A DNA stretch of 63,155 nucleotides, the filler included, from Octopus bimaculoides (lineage: Eukaryota): the NCBI RefSeq assembly GCF_001194135.2. It is 6 parts of 6 records of this genome, joined end to end, with 100 filler letters (N's around TTAATTAATTAA, not from the genome) between each part and the next. Parts side by side here need not be neighbours in the genome. Positions count along the whole stretch, not along the records: positions 1 to 11,621 come from NC_068991.1; 5 more parts are not named here. The stretch is one strand, 5' to 3'. Made by a program: the position numbers and the translations under genes. Below the pieces are notes generated by a model. That model saw nothing but the letters and a program-made list of their open reading frames with translations, was not told the origin of the DNA and did no database searches. Positions 1 to 11,621 of this stretch are shown in pieces (the first letter of the stretch is position 1; the number at the start of each line of letters is the position of its first letter).

Positions 1-148
1 TGTTTCAGTCATTTGACTTTAGTCGAACAAACCAACCCCAGGACTTATTCTTTGTAAGCCTAATACATCTGGCTCCTTTGTCGAACCGCTAAGGTTAGGG
101 GGACGCAAACACACCAACAACGGTTGGCAAGCGATGGGGGGGGGGACA
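1..148 (-). mobile_element. SINE family A, 3' part, internally deleted
   Basis: tgtttcagtcatttgac...gtcgaacaaaccaaccccaggacttattctttgtaagcc...gaaccgctaag...aaacacaccaac is colinear with the family A copies at 9297-9757 and 48611-48911. Confidence 0.8.
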
Positions 149-149
149 A

Positions 150-195
<46 letters not shown>

Positions 196-1937
196 GTATG
201 TATGGATGTGTGCACGTATATACACACATACACATACGTATATATACACACATACACACACATTGGCCACTGCCAATATTTCCTCTATCACAATGACCGC
301 TACCACTAACAGCAGCAATACCTTCACCACCATTACGAACACCACCACCACCACCACCACTACCACCACCGCCACCACCACNNNNNNNNNNNNNNNNNNN
401 NNNNNNNNNNNNNNNNNNNNNNNNNNNNNNNNNNNNNNNNNNNNNNNNNNNNNNNNNNNNNNNNNNNNNNNNNNNNNNNNNNNNNNNNNNNNNNNNNNNN
501 NNNNNNNNNNNNNNNNNNNNNNNNNNNNNNNNNNNNNNNNNNNNNNNNNNNNNNNNNNNNNNNNNNNNNNNNNNNNNNNNNNNNNNNNNNNNNNNNNNNN
601 NNNNNNNNNNNNNNNNNNNNNNNNNNNNNNNNNNNNNNNNNNNNNNNNNNNNNNNNNNNNNNNNNNNNNNNNNNNNNNNNNNNNNNNNNNNNNNNNNNNN
701 NNNNNNNNNNNNNNNNNNNNNNNNNNNNNNNNNNNNNNNNNNNNNNNNNNNNNNNNNNNNNNNNNNNNNNNNNNNNNNNNNNNNNNNNNNNNNNNNNNNN
801 NNNNNNNNNNNNNNNNNNNNNNNNNNNNNNNNNNNNNNNNNNNNNNNNNNNNNNNNNNNNNNNNNNNNNNNNNNNNNNNNNNNNNNNNNNNNNNNNNNNN
901 NNNNNNNNNNNNNNNNNNNNNNNNNNNNNNNNNNNNNNNNNNNNNNNNNNNNNNNNNNNNNNNNNNNNNNNNNNNNNNNNNNNNNNNNNNNNNNNNNNNN
1001 NNNNNNNNNNNNNNNNNNNNNNNNNNNNNNNNNNNNNNNNNNNNNNNNNNNNNNNNNNNNNNNNNNNNNNNNNNNNNNNNNNNNNNNNNNNNNNNNNNNN
1101 NNNNNNNNNNNNNNNNNNNNNNNNNNNNNNNNNNNNNNNNNNNNNNNNNNNNNNNNNNNNNNNNNNNNNNNNNNNNNNNNNNNNNNNNNNNNNNNNNNNN
1201 NNNNNNNNNNNNNNNNNNNNNNNNNNNNNNNNNNNNNNNNNNNNNNNNNNNNNNNNNNNNNNNNNNNNNNNNNNNNNNNNNNNNNNNNNNNNNNNNNNNN
1301 NNNNNNNNNNNNNNNNNNNNNNNNNNNNNNCGTCGTCATCATCACTACCATCATGTGCCCCAACATCAGCAGCAGCAGCAGCAGCCGTGGTACGTCTGCT
1401 GACTGTTGCTCTAGTGACCCAGATGACTGACACGTCATCACATTCCACACGTTCTCTCCATCGCTGGCTGAAGCGCGGGAACGTACTGAAGAACATTATA
1501 CACACACACACACATAGAGACACATAGATACACGGACACACAGACACACAGACACACATAGATACACGGACACACAGACACACAGACACACAGACACACA
1601 TACGCGCGTGCATACACATACACACACCACTGCACACCGCACACATTCTTAGACATACGCAGACGCTCAGACACCATACACACACACATATACACATATA
1701 CACATATACTACCCCCCCCACACACACACACATGCACGCACACACATTTCACGCACGGATGCACGCACACATTCTCAAAGACAAGCACACACACCACAGA
1801 GATACACAGACATAATGACAGAAACGGACACACACACACACACACACCGACACACACAAACACACCGTACTCGCGTTCACGTGCACACACACTCAGACAT
1901 ACGCAAACACACACACAGACACCATTCTCAGACATAG

Positions 1938-1983
<46 letters not shown>

Positions 1984-2280
1984 TGGAAGTATTCATAATT
2001 GCCAAGGGTCTCATAGTAATGGATTCGTAGTAGTAATAGTAGTAGTAGTAGAAGTATTGGTGGTGGTGGTGGTGGTGGTGGTGAGGCCGGTGAGACGTTA
2101 GTAATAAGGTTTTCTTTTTGCTTTGTATTTGTTTTTTGGGGTTACTAAGGCTTAGCTCTCAGAGAACAAACTCCTTCAGATCAGAGCCGCCATTAACGCC
2201 ACCAAGCACAACTAAGCCATCGACTCCATAGCTCTCATTATTCTCATCGCCACTTACCAACAGCGCCATCACTACCACCA

Positions 2281-2318
2281 CCACCACCACCACCACCACA
2301 ACCACCATTATCATTATT

Positions 2319-2375
<57 letters not shown>

Positions 2376-2456
2376 GTCATCATTTTCATCATCGTCATCA
2401 TCATCATCATCGTCATCATCGTCTTCATCGTCATCATTTTCATCATCGTCATCATT

Positions 2457-2501
<45 letters not shown>

Positions 2502-2832
2502 GTCTTCATCGTCGTCGTCATCATCATCATCATGGTCGTCGTCGTCGTCATCATCATCAGCTTCATCCTCCTCCCCTCATCATCATCATCATCATCATCA
2601 TCATCGTCTTCGTCGTCGTCGTCGTCGTCATCATCATCATCATCATCATCAACATCATCTTCATCATCATCATCATCATCATCTTCATCATCATCATCAT
2701 CATCATCGTCGTCATCGTCGTCGTCGTCGTCATTATCATCATCAGCATCATCGTCATTGCCAACGTCGTCATCATCGTAGTAACCATCATCATCATCGTC
2801 ATCATCGATATCACGGTCGCCCCCCCCCATCA
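2281..2832. repeat. Compound (CAC)n/(ATC)n/(GTC)n trinucleotide microsatellite
   Basis: Directly visible; it explains the poly-D, poly-M and poly-S ORFs at 2159-2833. Confidence 0.95.
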
Positions 2833-2869
2833 ACGATTACCCATATCTTTATAATACTAATAATTTTTT

Positions 2870-2945
2870 CCCCCACAGGCTAAGAAATTTTGTGATATAG
2901 GGAAAGTCGGTTATAAAGTTCGACCCAAGTACTTGACTGGTACCA
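2870..2945 (-). mobile_element. Old SINE family B tail relic
   Basis: cacaggctaagaaattttg...aagtcggttataaagttcgacccaagtacttgactggtacc resembles the family B tail and core at 12980-13220. Confidence 0.5.
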
Positions 2946-3071
2946 TACTTATGTGACTGGGTTGGCGCGTGTATGAATACATCTGTATGTGTACATGCGC
3001 TCATGATATTTGCGCAAGTTTTGGGCCCATGTTTTATCACACACGCGCTCAAAGGCAACTGTTTGTATATT

Positions 3072-3104
<33 letters not shown>

Positions 3105-3309
3105 GAGCCGTCCGTGTTTTCTTTGTATCGTCTATCTGGATGTTTTGTTGTCCCTTTCTTGTATCACCTAACTGGATGTTCTGTGTTCTTGTCCTATTTT
3201 GTATTATTTATATATGCATCAGCATGGCCGCAGCTCTAAGCTGAAACTATAAACAACAACATATATATATATATATGTGTGCGTATAGCGGCGTACGTAC
3301 ACTTTGTCT

Positions 3310-3344
<35 letters not shown>

Positions 3345-5205
3345 TAGGTATAACAAGGCTTTAGCGAGAGACCGAAATAGAATAGAGAGACTTAGTTAAG
3401 AAGAGGCACTTAGAACTGGTATCGCGTCCAACGTGCTGGCGGCGAGGTTGGCCAAAGACCAACATTTCAACGCCAAACACAAAGGTTGCGCTGTCACAGC
3501 TAGGATGCGTGCCCTGAGAAATGAAGGAATTGCAGCCGCCCTAGAGGCCCGGGTGGCACAGGCGCAACGTGGCAGGTCTTTGATGAATGAGCAGGGACGC
3601 GAACTTCTCGGACCCGAAAGAATGTGTGAGGCCTTTCAACAGCTTTCTATCTGACTGTTCGGTACGACTGGTGGGTAAGAACGTAAGGTAGACTTTAGTG
3701 CCTACTTGCATGACCTGCAAAGATTCTAGGCAAGAGAGGCGGAGTGTTGTGAAAGACCCATCACAGTCGCGGATGTGCGGAATGTGATGGCAGGCTGCGT
3801 GAGAGACAAGTCACTGCGCTTGGATGGTCTGCCCTACGAACTTTATTGTCATATGCCAGGCTTGTTTGGAGAAGTCTTGGCAACAGTCTACTGCAAATGG
3901 CAGCAAAACGGGAGCATTCCCAGTTTTGTGAGCCGAGTAGCGGTGACAGTACTAAAGAAAGATCCAAACAATGGGGGACGTTATAGATAATTTCCGGCCC
4001 ATCACGAAACTGGAACGCATACTCTTCCACTTTTTGTGGAAGAGAAGCGTTCCTATGGTCAGGCGATCTAATTGCTGCCAACATCCGCTAAATGGAGTGC
4101 TGGGCATGCCGTGGTTAATGATGCGCAGACATGCGCAACGACTGCGACATCTCCAGTGTTTCATAGACGACGGTGAACAGGTGTTGTCGCTTTCCCGCAG
4201 CTCGTCTCTTTGACCGAACTGCAATCGGGGATCAAACGGAGACCGAGGCTGGGCGAATGCCACCGCAAGTATCGCCATGCTCTCGAACAACTCTGCTGTC
4301 CGGGATCAAACTTGTGCGACTTCAATTCCACGGTGTTCTATAGAGAATTAGTGGATGGGAGGTGCAACGACGTTCTTGGAGAGACCATAGGTGTCGACGA
4401 GGAATATCTGGTCTGCCTCTTTAGGACCACTTTTGAACCCTGGCTTAGCAGTGCTATCAAGAAGCATTGCCCGTTCGGGATAAGCTCTACAGGCACGGTT
4501 CAAGAAATACCGGAGACTTTCCGAGATGCGGTCAGAGCGACGAAACCGTTCTGAACGCACTTGTGCAATGGCCAAACATTTCAGACCTGTGGTCCTATGT
4601 CGAACGGCTTCTGTCACATGTGCGACAAATTTGGTTGTCGGCCGAGTCTATCGTGAATATTGCCCCACCACATTCCTTTAACCGAGAAGGCAAGGCAGTT
4701 TTCTTTGTACTGGTTGCTATGGTGAAAGAATATGTGTGGTAAACACGTGCAAAATTTTCAGAGTGCAAAAGGTTTCCTCTCTAGCCAAACTGTCATCAAC
4801 TTTTTCAAGTATCACTTGAAGAGGAAGGTGAGAATAGAGAGGGTCTAATGAAAGGCTCAACAAAAGGTGGGTGAATGTGACAAGGATGGTACGCATGAAT
4901 GACGGAACCACCTTGAGCATGAACCTATAAAGCAAAGGGAGAAAGAGCGCCTTGCTCTCATGTTAAAGATTTTCTTTTTCGTTTCCAAGGTAACCGTGGT
5001 TCTTTTTCGTAGGATTTTCTTTCCACGGATAAAACCAGTTAATGTTACATTTCCTCCTTCCATTCTTAACAATGGTTTTTGTGTTATTTCCCTGTTCACA
5101 TGTCAAAAAAGTGTTTTTTTTTTCCTTCCCATTTGATCGATTTCGAAAAAGAAAAATTCTACATTGTATTGTCCCGTGTTCGGCCATGTGTGGCTAATAA
5201 AAGAA

Positions 5206-5207
<2 letters not shown>
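3345..5207 (+). mobile_element. Decayed, 5'-truncated L1/Tx1-clade LINE (ORF2 remnant plus 3' UTR)
   Basis: Translations show early RT motifs (DKSLRLDGLPYELY; VLKKDP...IDNFRPIT), the post-RT region (RILFHFLWKRSVPMVRR...GVLGMPWL) and a degenerate C-terminal CCHC (PRCGQSDETVLNALVQW). There are frameshifts and stops. It ends in AATAAA at about 5197 followed by (ATCT)n. Confidence 0.85.
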
Positions 5208-5255
<48 letters not shown>

Positions 5256-5351
5256 GGCGCTTGTTGAAAGAACTTTTTACACCTCCTGTCCACTGTCTGT
5301 CTGTCTGTCTGTCTGTGTGTACGTCTATCTATCTGTCTATCTATCTAACTA

Positions 5352-5433
<82 letters not shown>

Positions 5434-5759
5434 NNNNNNNNNNNNNNNNNNNNNNNNNNNNNNNNNNNNNNNNNNNNNNNNNNNNNNNNNNNNNNNNNNN
5501 NNNNNNNNNNNNNNNNNNNNNNNNNNNNNNNNNNNNNNNNNNNNNNNNNNNNNNNNNNNNNNNNNNNNNNNNNNNNNNNNNNNNNNNNNNNNNNNNNNNN
5601 NNNNNNNNNNNNNNNNNNNNNNNNNNNNNNNNNNNNNNNNNNNNNNNNNNNNNNNNNNNNNNNNNNNNNNNNNNNNNNNNNNNNNNNNNNNNNNNNNNNN
5701 NNNNNNNNNNNNNNNNNNNNNNNNNNNNNNNNNNNNNNNNNNNNNNNNNNNNNNNNNNN

Positions 5760-5804
<45 letters not shown>

Positions 5805-5892
5805 GAACATCGGCCATTTGTGATTAAAGTTTAGTAGGCTAAAAATGAGACACTGCATGCGCCAAATTCTAACTTTTCCATTTCTCTTGTAG

Positions 5893-5946
5893 ACATGTCG
5901 ACAACATCAACATGGCAGATCGTAATCAGACACCGGAAATGAAAAC
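5893..5946 (+). CDS. Candidate 54-nt internal host exon (phase 2/2), peptide HVDNINMADRNQTPEMK
   Basis: ttctaac branch-like motif, pyrimidine tract ttttccatttctcttgtAG, 54 nt with exactly one open frame, then a GTAAGA donor. No partner exon was identified. Confidence 0.5.
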
Positions 5947-6251
5947 GTAAGACTTGCTTATGGCTCTAACTTCAAACAACAGCGACTCAGACAGAGATCG
6001 TTAGCTTCTTGAACGGGATGATTACATTCTTTGTGTGTTTAGTATTGGGAAATACATCGAGAAGAGAATATGTCATTCGTAACCAGAACAAGGGATGTTT
6101 TAAACCAAAGGACCATGTCCGAACGGCATTTTTAACCCAGTAGACCTAGGACATTATCACTGTCAATTCAAACTGGTTGATGAAGTTTATCGCCAAGAAA
6201 CCTAAAGTAACAGCGTCTACTGTTAGACATGTTGTACACGAGGGCAGTTTA

Positions 6252-6630
6252 GGCGCAATGGACCAGTGGTTAGAGCAGCGGGCTCGCAGTCATAGGATCG
6301 CGGTTTCGATTCCCAGACCGGGCGTTGTGAGTGTTTATTGAGCGAAAACACCTAAAGCTCCACGAGACTCCGGCAGGGGATGGTGGCGAACCCTGCTGTA
6401 CTCTTTCACCACAACTTTCTCTCACTCTTTCTTCCTGTTTCTGTTGTGCCTACAATTCAAAGGGTCAGCCTTGTCACACTGTGGCACGCTGAATATCCCC
6501 GAGAACTACGTTAAGGGTACACGCGTCTGTGGAGTGCTCAGCCACTTGCACGTTAATTTCACGAGCAGGCTGTTCCGTTGATCGGATCGACTGGAACTCT
6601 CGACGTCGTAAGCGACGGAGTGCCAACAAT
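6252..6630 (+). mobile_element. tRNA-derived SINE family C, full length
   Basis: A-box-like tggaccagtggttag and B-box-like ggtttcgattccc. The 5' ~190 bp match the minus copy at 33552-33737. It ends in gtgccaacaat; acgagggca occurs on both flanks. Confidence 0.85.
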
Positions 6631-6769
6631 ACGAGGGCACCAGGCACAAATCCTACGTTATAATAGGAGACAGGGGCTTTGTTAAGTCCTGCAAATTAAG
6701 TTGACGTCGTAGCTCTGTTGCGTTGTCTGGGATGAAGGTTATGATTCAAGAATACCGAGTATTCTAATA

Positions 6770-6955
6770 ATCCTTTCTACTAAAGGTACAAAGCCTAAAA
6801 TGTTTGTGAGGAGGGGACTCTTCGATTACATCGACCCCGAAAGGATGAAAGGCAAAGTCGACCTCGGCGGAATTTGAACTCAGAACGTAACAACAGACGA
6901 TATACTGCTAAGTACTTCGTCTGGCGTGGTAACAATTCTGCCAGCTTACCGCCTT
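6770..6955 (-). mobile_element. SINE family B (tail type B1) with internal deletion
   Basis: gaaaggatgaaaggcaaagtcgacctcggcggaatttgaactcagaacg core; the segment between the two atcgacccc repeats is missing. Confidence 0.9.
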
Positions 6956-6964
6956 CGATAATTT

Positions 6965-7187
6965 CAAATGATGGTTTCAAATTTTGGTACATGACCAGCA
7001 AATTCGGGGGAGGGATTGAGTCGATTACATCGATCCCAGTGCTCAGCTAGTACTTATTTCATTGATTCCAGAAGAATAAAAGGCAAAGTCGACCTCGGCG
7101 GCATTTGAACCCAGAATGTAAAGACGGACGAAATGCCAGTTACCATTTTGCCCTGCGTGCTATCGATTCTACCAGCTCGCCGCCTTA
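6965..7187 (-). mobile_element. SINE family B (tail type B2)
   Basis: Same core; head ccagctcgccgcctt; tail gtttcaaattttgg as at 14988. Confidence 0.9.
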
Positions 7188-8370
7188 ATCTAAGTATTCT
7201 AATATTGGAATCTCGTAACTCTTCTGGTGGCACCGGTGCCGCTATTAAGACCGAGAGAGGTTTTTCTAGAACGGCTTGTTGAATGGTGTCTTCATGTCAC
7301 ATGGGTGTCTTCATTAATTTTTCCCTTCTTTTTTTTTTAAAAAGCATGTTTTTTTGTTTGGTATCTTCCTCTCCTGTATTTTGTCTATTTGTTTTCTTCC
7401 CAAATGCCAAGCGTGACCTGTAGATACCCCCTCCCCACACACGCATGTATGTATACATAGGTAAATGTATATGCGAATATTTGGATACGAACATAAGCAC
7501 ACTTATATGTGTGTGTATGTGTGCATGTGTGTATCTATGTATGTATTTGTATGTATCACTTTCAGTTATGGCTACAAATTTTCTATAGAATTTAGAGCCC
7601 GTACTGAAAGTTGTGATATTTCATAAAGAAATACGTCTATGTAAACAATACGATCGAAAACAGAAAAATAGATAATGGGTGTATATGCATGTTTCAGGAG
7701 TTATTGGCCTATCTTCAGTACCAGACCCAACCCAGTAATCATCCACGAACACATTGCTTTAATGGACACTAAGTCTAATGGTGTAACACTGTTGGATAGA
7801 TCAATTTACATATTAAACGTATTCCTTGCAACTGTTGCGTATGTCTTAATTGGTGGTAGGGACACCGTATTTCATTTTGCAATCATGATATACTACCAAG
7901 TATATTAAACGTTTATAAATTAATACTGTGTCTTACTTTTTGTGTTAGCAAATTGCCGGTGATCTGATGAGCTAGCCTTCTGTATATGCGTTGACTTGTA
8001 AATGTACGATTGTATTGTACAGTGCGTGGCATGCATATTGGTGCAGGTATTTAGCATAATCTTTTATATGCTGAAATTATTGTTACATGATGAAAGCTGC
8101 GAAACGGCTGTAATCCTAAAGAATACACGTGATTAAATAAATATATTTACCTCTCAGACTTCCTGGATTTTATGGACTATACACACACATACACACACAC
8201 ACACATATATATATACATACATAAACACAGAGAGAAAGAGAGAGAAAAATAGAGAGAGAAGTTTGACTTACTGTAGACTTGCACATCTCTTTCGTTTTAT
8301 ACACTTCTGCCCTAAAACGTTTTATAATATATACGTACATACATACATGGACACATGTATACATATATAC

Positions 8371-8405
<35 letters not shown>

Positions 8406-8894
8406 TTATTTATATGTAGACATTTATCTTCCCCTCTTAGTTTCAACTCAACACGACCCCTCCATCCCATGTCCTTGCGCCCATATTTTCCCCTCCTCAC
8501 CCCCGTAATAAAAAAACACACACACACACAGAAGCAAATAAACAAACAGACAAACAAACGAGAAATCTAAATTATATTACCTATTATATAGATAAAACGC
8601 AGATGTCTGTCTGTCTGCATTGCTTTATAATTTTGTTTTTATTTAATAAAACGGTCTTGTTCTTTGTGATAATTGAAACGTAAGTGTGTGTATGCGTGCG
8701 TGTATGTATGTGAGTGAGTGTGTATGTATGTGTATATGTGTCTATGTACGTGTGTGTGTGTGTGTGTGTGTGTGTTTGCATATACGAGTGTATATGCTTG
8801 CGTGCGTATGTGTATCCATTTTAATGCGGAGTATTTTTTCCAACTGTGGTTACAATTATTCTTATAGTTCATTTTTAATGACTCTCATTTTTTT

Positions 8895-8904
8895 ATGACA
8901 TTAC

Positions 8905-8974
<70 letters not shown>

Positions 8975-8980
8975 TTTATT
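8895..8980. repeat. (ATT)n microsatellite
   Basis: Directly visible. Confidence 0.95.
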
Positions 8981-8989
8981 TTTTTTTTT

Positions 8990-9075
8990 TGGCGGCAAGT
9001 TGGTTGAGTTGTAAGCGACTGCCCCTCCTCTCCCCAAATGTCTGGCCTTGTGCCAAATTTTGGAAGCGTTATTTT
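8990..9075 (+). mobile_element. SINE family B, heavily deleted (head fused to tail)
   Basis: ggcggcaagttgg head joined to cctctccccaaatgtctggccttgtgccaaattttggaa tail, followed by att repeats. Confidence 0.6.
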
Positions 9076-9259
9076 TATTCTCATTATTATTTGTTATTAC
9101 ATTATTAATTCCTTGAGTTTATCAATTTGTTGTTAGATGCTTTAATTTTGACATCTAGACGCATGTGTGAAACTTTGAAGGGTCTGAGAGGAAATATTTC
9201 TAAGGGAGGGGTCACGGGAGACTGTTTTATTCCATTAAGTTTTTTTACAGTGTTTTTCG

Positions 9260-9296
<37 letters not shown>

Positions 9297-9299
<3 letters not shown>

Positions 9300-9552
9300 T
9301 CTTTTGTTCCTTTTATTCTTAATTGTTTCAGTCATTTCAATGCGGCCGTGCTGGAGCATCGCCTTTAGTCGAACAAATCAACCCCAGGACTTACTCTTTG
9401 TAAGCCTAGTACTTATTCTATTAATCTCTTTTGCCGAAATTCTAAGTTACGGGGACATAAACACACCAGCATCGGTTGTCAAGCGATGGTGGGGCGACAG
9501 ACACAAACACACAAACACATACACGTACACACACACGCACACACACACACAC

Positions 9553-9595
<43 letters not shown>

Positions 9596-9757
9596 TATAT
9601 ATACAACGGGCTTCTTTCAGTTTCCGTCTACCAAATCCGCCCACAAGGCTTTGGTTGGCCCAAAGCTATAGTAGAAGACACTTGCCCAAAGTGTCACGCA
9701 GTGGGACTGAACCCGGAACTATATCTTTGGTAAGCAAGCTACTTATCACACAGCCAT
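9297..9757 (-). mobile_element. tRNA-derived SINE family A, near full length, with internal (CA)n/(TA)n tract
   Basis: Reverse complement of the family A copy at 19742-21157. Contains the gtggcaccttgggcaagtgtctt-type segment, which resembles the CORE-SINE domain as I recall it. Confidence 0.92.
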
Positions 9758-9771
9758 ATTATATATTATAA

Positions 9772-9922
9772 GCGCAGGAGTGGCTGTGTGGTAAATAGCA
9801 TGCTTACCAACCACATGGCCCTGGGTTCAGTACCACTGTGTGGCACCTTGAGCAAGTGTCTTCTACTATGGCCTCGGGTCGACTAAAGCCTTGTGAGTGG
9901 ATTTGGTAGACGGAAACTGAAG
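9772..9922 (+). mobile_element. SINE family A, 5' part
   Basis: gcgcaggagtggctgtgtggtaa (A box)...gggttcagtacc (B box)...gacggaaactgaag. Confidence 0.9.
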
Positions 9923-10179
9923 TTACATGTAGCTTCGTTTGATTCATTCATCACTGATCCAGGATAATACAATGCTCTCATTTCTGAATCATGTTACGTT
10001 TATCACGGATTTATCTGTAATAACACAGGTTAGGGATCAGCCGATGATCCTGCTTGGACAGCATAAGAGCATCCGAATGATCGTTCACAATACTCAGCAT
10101 GCAGTTCCGTAAGATGAATTGTACGACTATCCTCGTTTATCACAAGGGTTTGGTTCCAAATACATCTAAATCAAAATAT

Positions 10180-10300
10180 TTCATGGAACCTTAAGATACT
10201 ACTTGCGGACCCAAATTTACCATTTTTCTTGCGTGGACCCCTAAAAATCCTATATGGACACCCCAGTGGTCATATGGATCCAGGTCGAAAATCACTGCTC
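10180..10300. mobile_element. Possible hAT-type MITE end fragment
   Basis: ggacccc...atatggac...ccaggtcgaaaatcactg resembles the cagtg(g)tt...-type terminus of hAT MITEs as I recall them; only one end is seen. Confidence 0.4.
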
Positions 10301-10304
10301 ATAA

Positions 10305-10545
10305 GGAAGACGTATAAATGATTAAGAAAATACGTGATGGAGGAAGTTTCGCTGCTGTGGCCCGCGTGTTTTGTATCAAGAAATCTACCATTCATTCCAG
10401 TTCAAAAGCAGCTGATTCTAACAAACGATTCAGACAAGAGTATTCTCTGCAGAAAAAGAAATGGTTATAGAAAATACGTAACGATGAAAGTTTCGCTGCT
10501 GTGGACCGAGAGTTTGCTGTAAATGAATCTATTATTCGTTCCATT
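10305..10545 (+). pseudogene. Two tandem decayed copies of a pogo/Tigger CENP-B-type (psq) HTH segment
   Basis: MIKKIRDGGSFAAVARVFCIKKSTIHS and KIRNDESFAAVDREFAVNESIIRSIYK; compare the Tigger HTH at 17240 (VDVARKYSINESTVRYI). Confidence 0.6.
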
Positions 10546-11184
10546 TACAAAGTGCACGGAGATGATTCATTTATCACTGATTCATTATCACTGATTCATT
10601 TATCACTGATTCATTTAACACTGCGTTTTAATGGAACCAAACCCTTGTGATAAACGAGGATAGTCGTACAATTCATCTTACGGAACTGCATGCTGTTTAA
10701 AAAAAAAAAAAGAATTGAATCAGCCTGAAGCCATAACATGATACAAAACTCTTATAGCTTCAGGCGTCACGCAAGGATATTCAACATTTAATGACTGCAA
10801 ACCGAACTTCATTATCACACGGCTAGGCTATGCCTCTGCTACGATTTCAATTTGCCCTATGATAATGGTCACGACCGAACAGATAGATAACGCCATCGTG
10901 ATGCTAACGAAAAATCTAGCATTAACAAAAGATATTTATAATAAAAAAGATGTCAAAGGTCTTTAGAAAGTCTATTTGTCATGTGTATTATATTTATTAT
11001 GTAGAAGAATTTCTTTTCAATTTTTGATAGCAACATGTCTTGTTTATATAGCTTTTTCTTTTTAAAAGAAACAACGCTATTGTACTAAAACATATATATT
11101 TACCAAATAAATATATAGGTCTTTTATTTTTAGTTTTGTACTTTTTGTTCGTTCTAGGCATCATGTGTTGATATATCAATACAT

Positions 11185-11322
11185 GTATATATATAGTATA
11201 TCTATATATGTATATATATAGTATATCTATATATGTATATATATAGTATATCTATATATGTATATATATAGTATATCTATATATGTATATATATAGTATA
11301 TCTATATATGTATATATATATA
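11185..11322. repeat. 25-bp AT-rich minisatellite (gtatatatatagtatatctatatat), about 5.5 copies
   Basis: Exact 25-bp periodicity is visible. Confidence 0.9.
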
Positions 11323-11549
11323 GATAAAAACACGTGTGTGTGTGTGTCTGTATCTGTGTGTCCCTGTGTCTATGTCTGTGTGTCCCTGTGTCTGTGTCTG
11401 TAGATAAATAGATATGCATATATATGATTGTATTTGCGTATAGTCATCTATCTTCTTATTTGTCTGCCTGCAAGTCTTTCATTGTCTCTCTGTCTTTCTC
11501 TTTCTCCGCTCCTTTTTTTTCTTTTTGTCTATTTATCTGTCTTTCTGTC

Positions 11550-11596
<47 letters not shown>

Positions 11597-11621
11597 TTCT
11601 CTCTCTCTCTATATATATATA

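Larger units (their letters stand above)
10095..10695. repeat. Perfect 64-bp inverted repeat (10095-10158 / 10632-10695) with 473-bp spacer
   Basis: cagcatgcagttccg...gggtttggttcca is the exact reverse complement of tggaaccaaaccc...actgcatgctg (checked base by base). Confidence 0.95.

Noticed and set aside
2161-2230. Possible short terminal exon RTNSFRSEPPLTPPSTTKPSTP* on plus
   Set aside because: Weak acceptor, embedded in low-complexity DNA, no supporting context.
19-2833. Long ORFs (poly-D, poly-M, poly-S, VC/HT repeats; 400+ aa ORFs spanning N runs)
   Set aside because: They are translations of microsatellites and gaps; the same applies to all X-containing and VCVC/THTH/YIYI ORFs in the window.
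6252-6330. tRNA gene calls for the SINE heads (families A-E)
   Set aside because: A and B boxes are present but there is no complete cloverleaf; each continues into a SINE body and tail.
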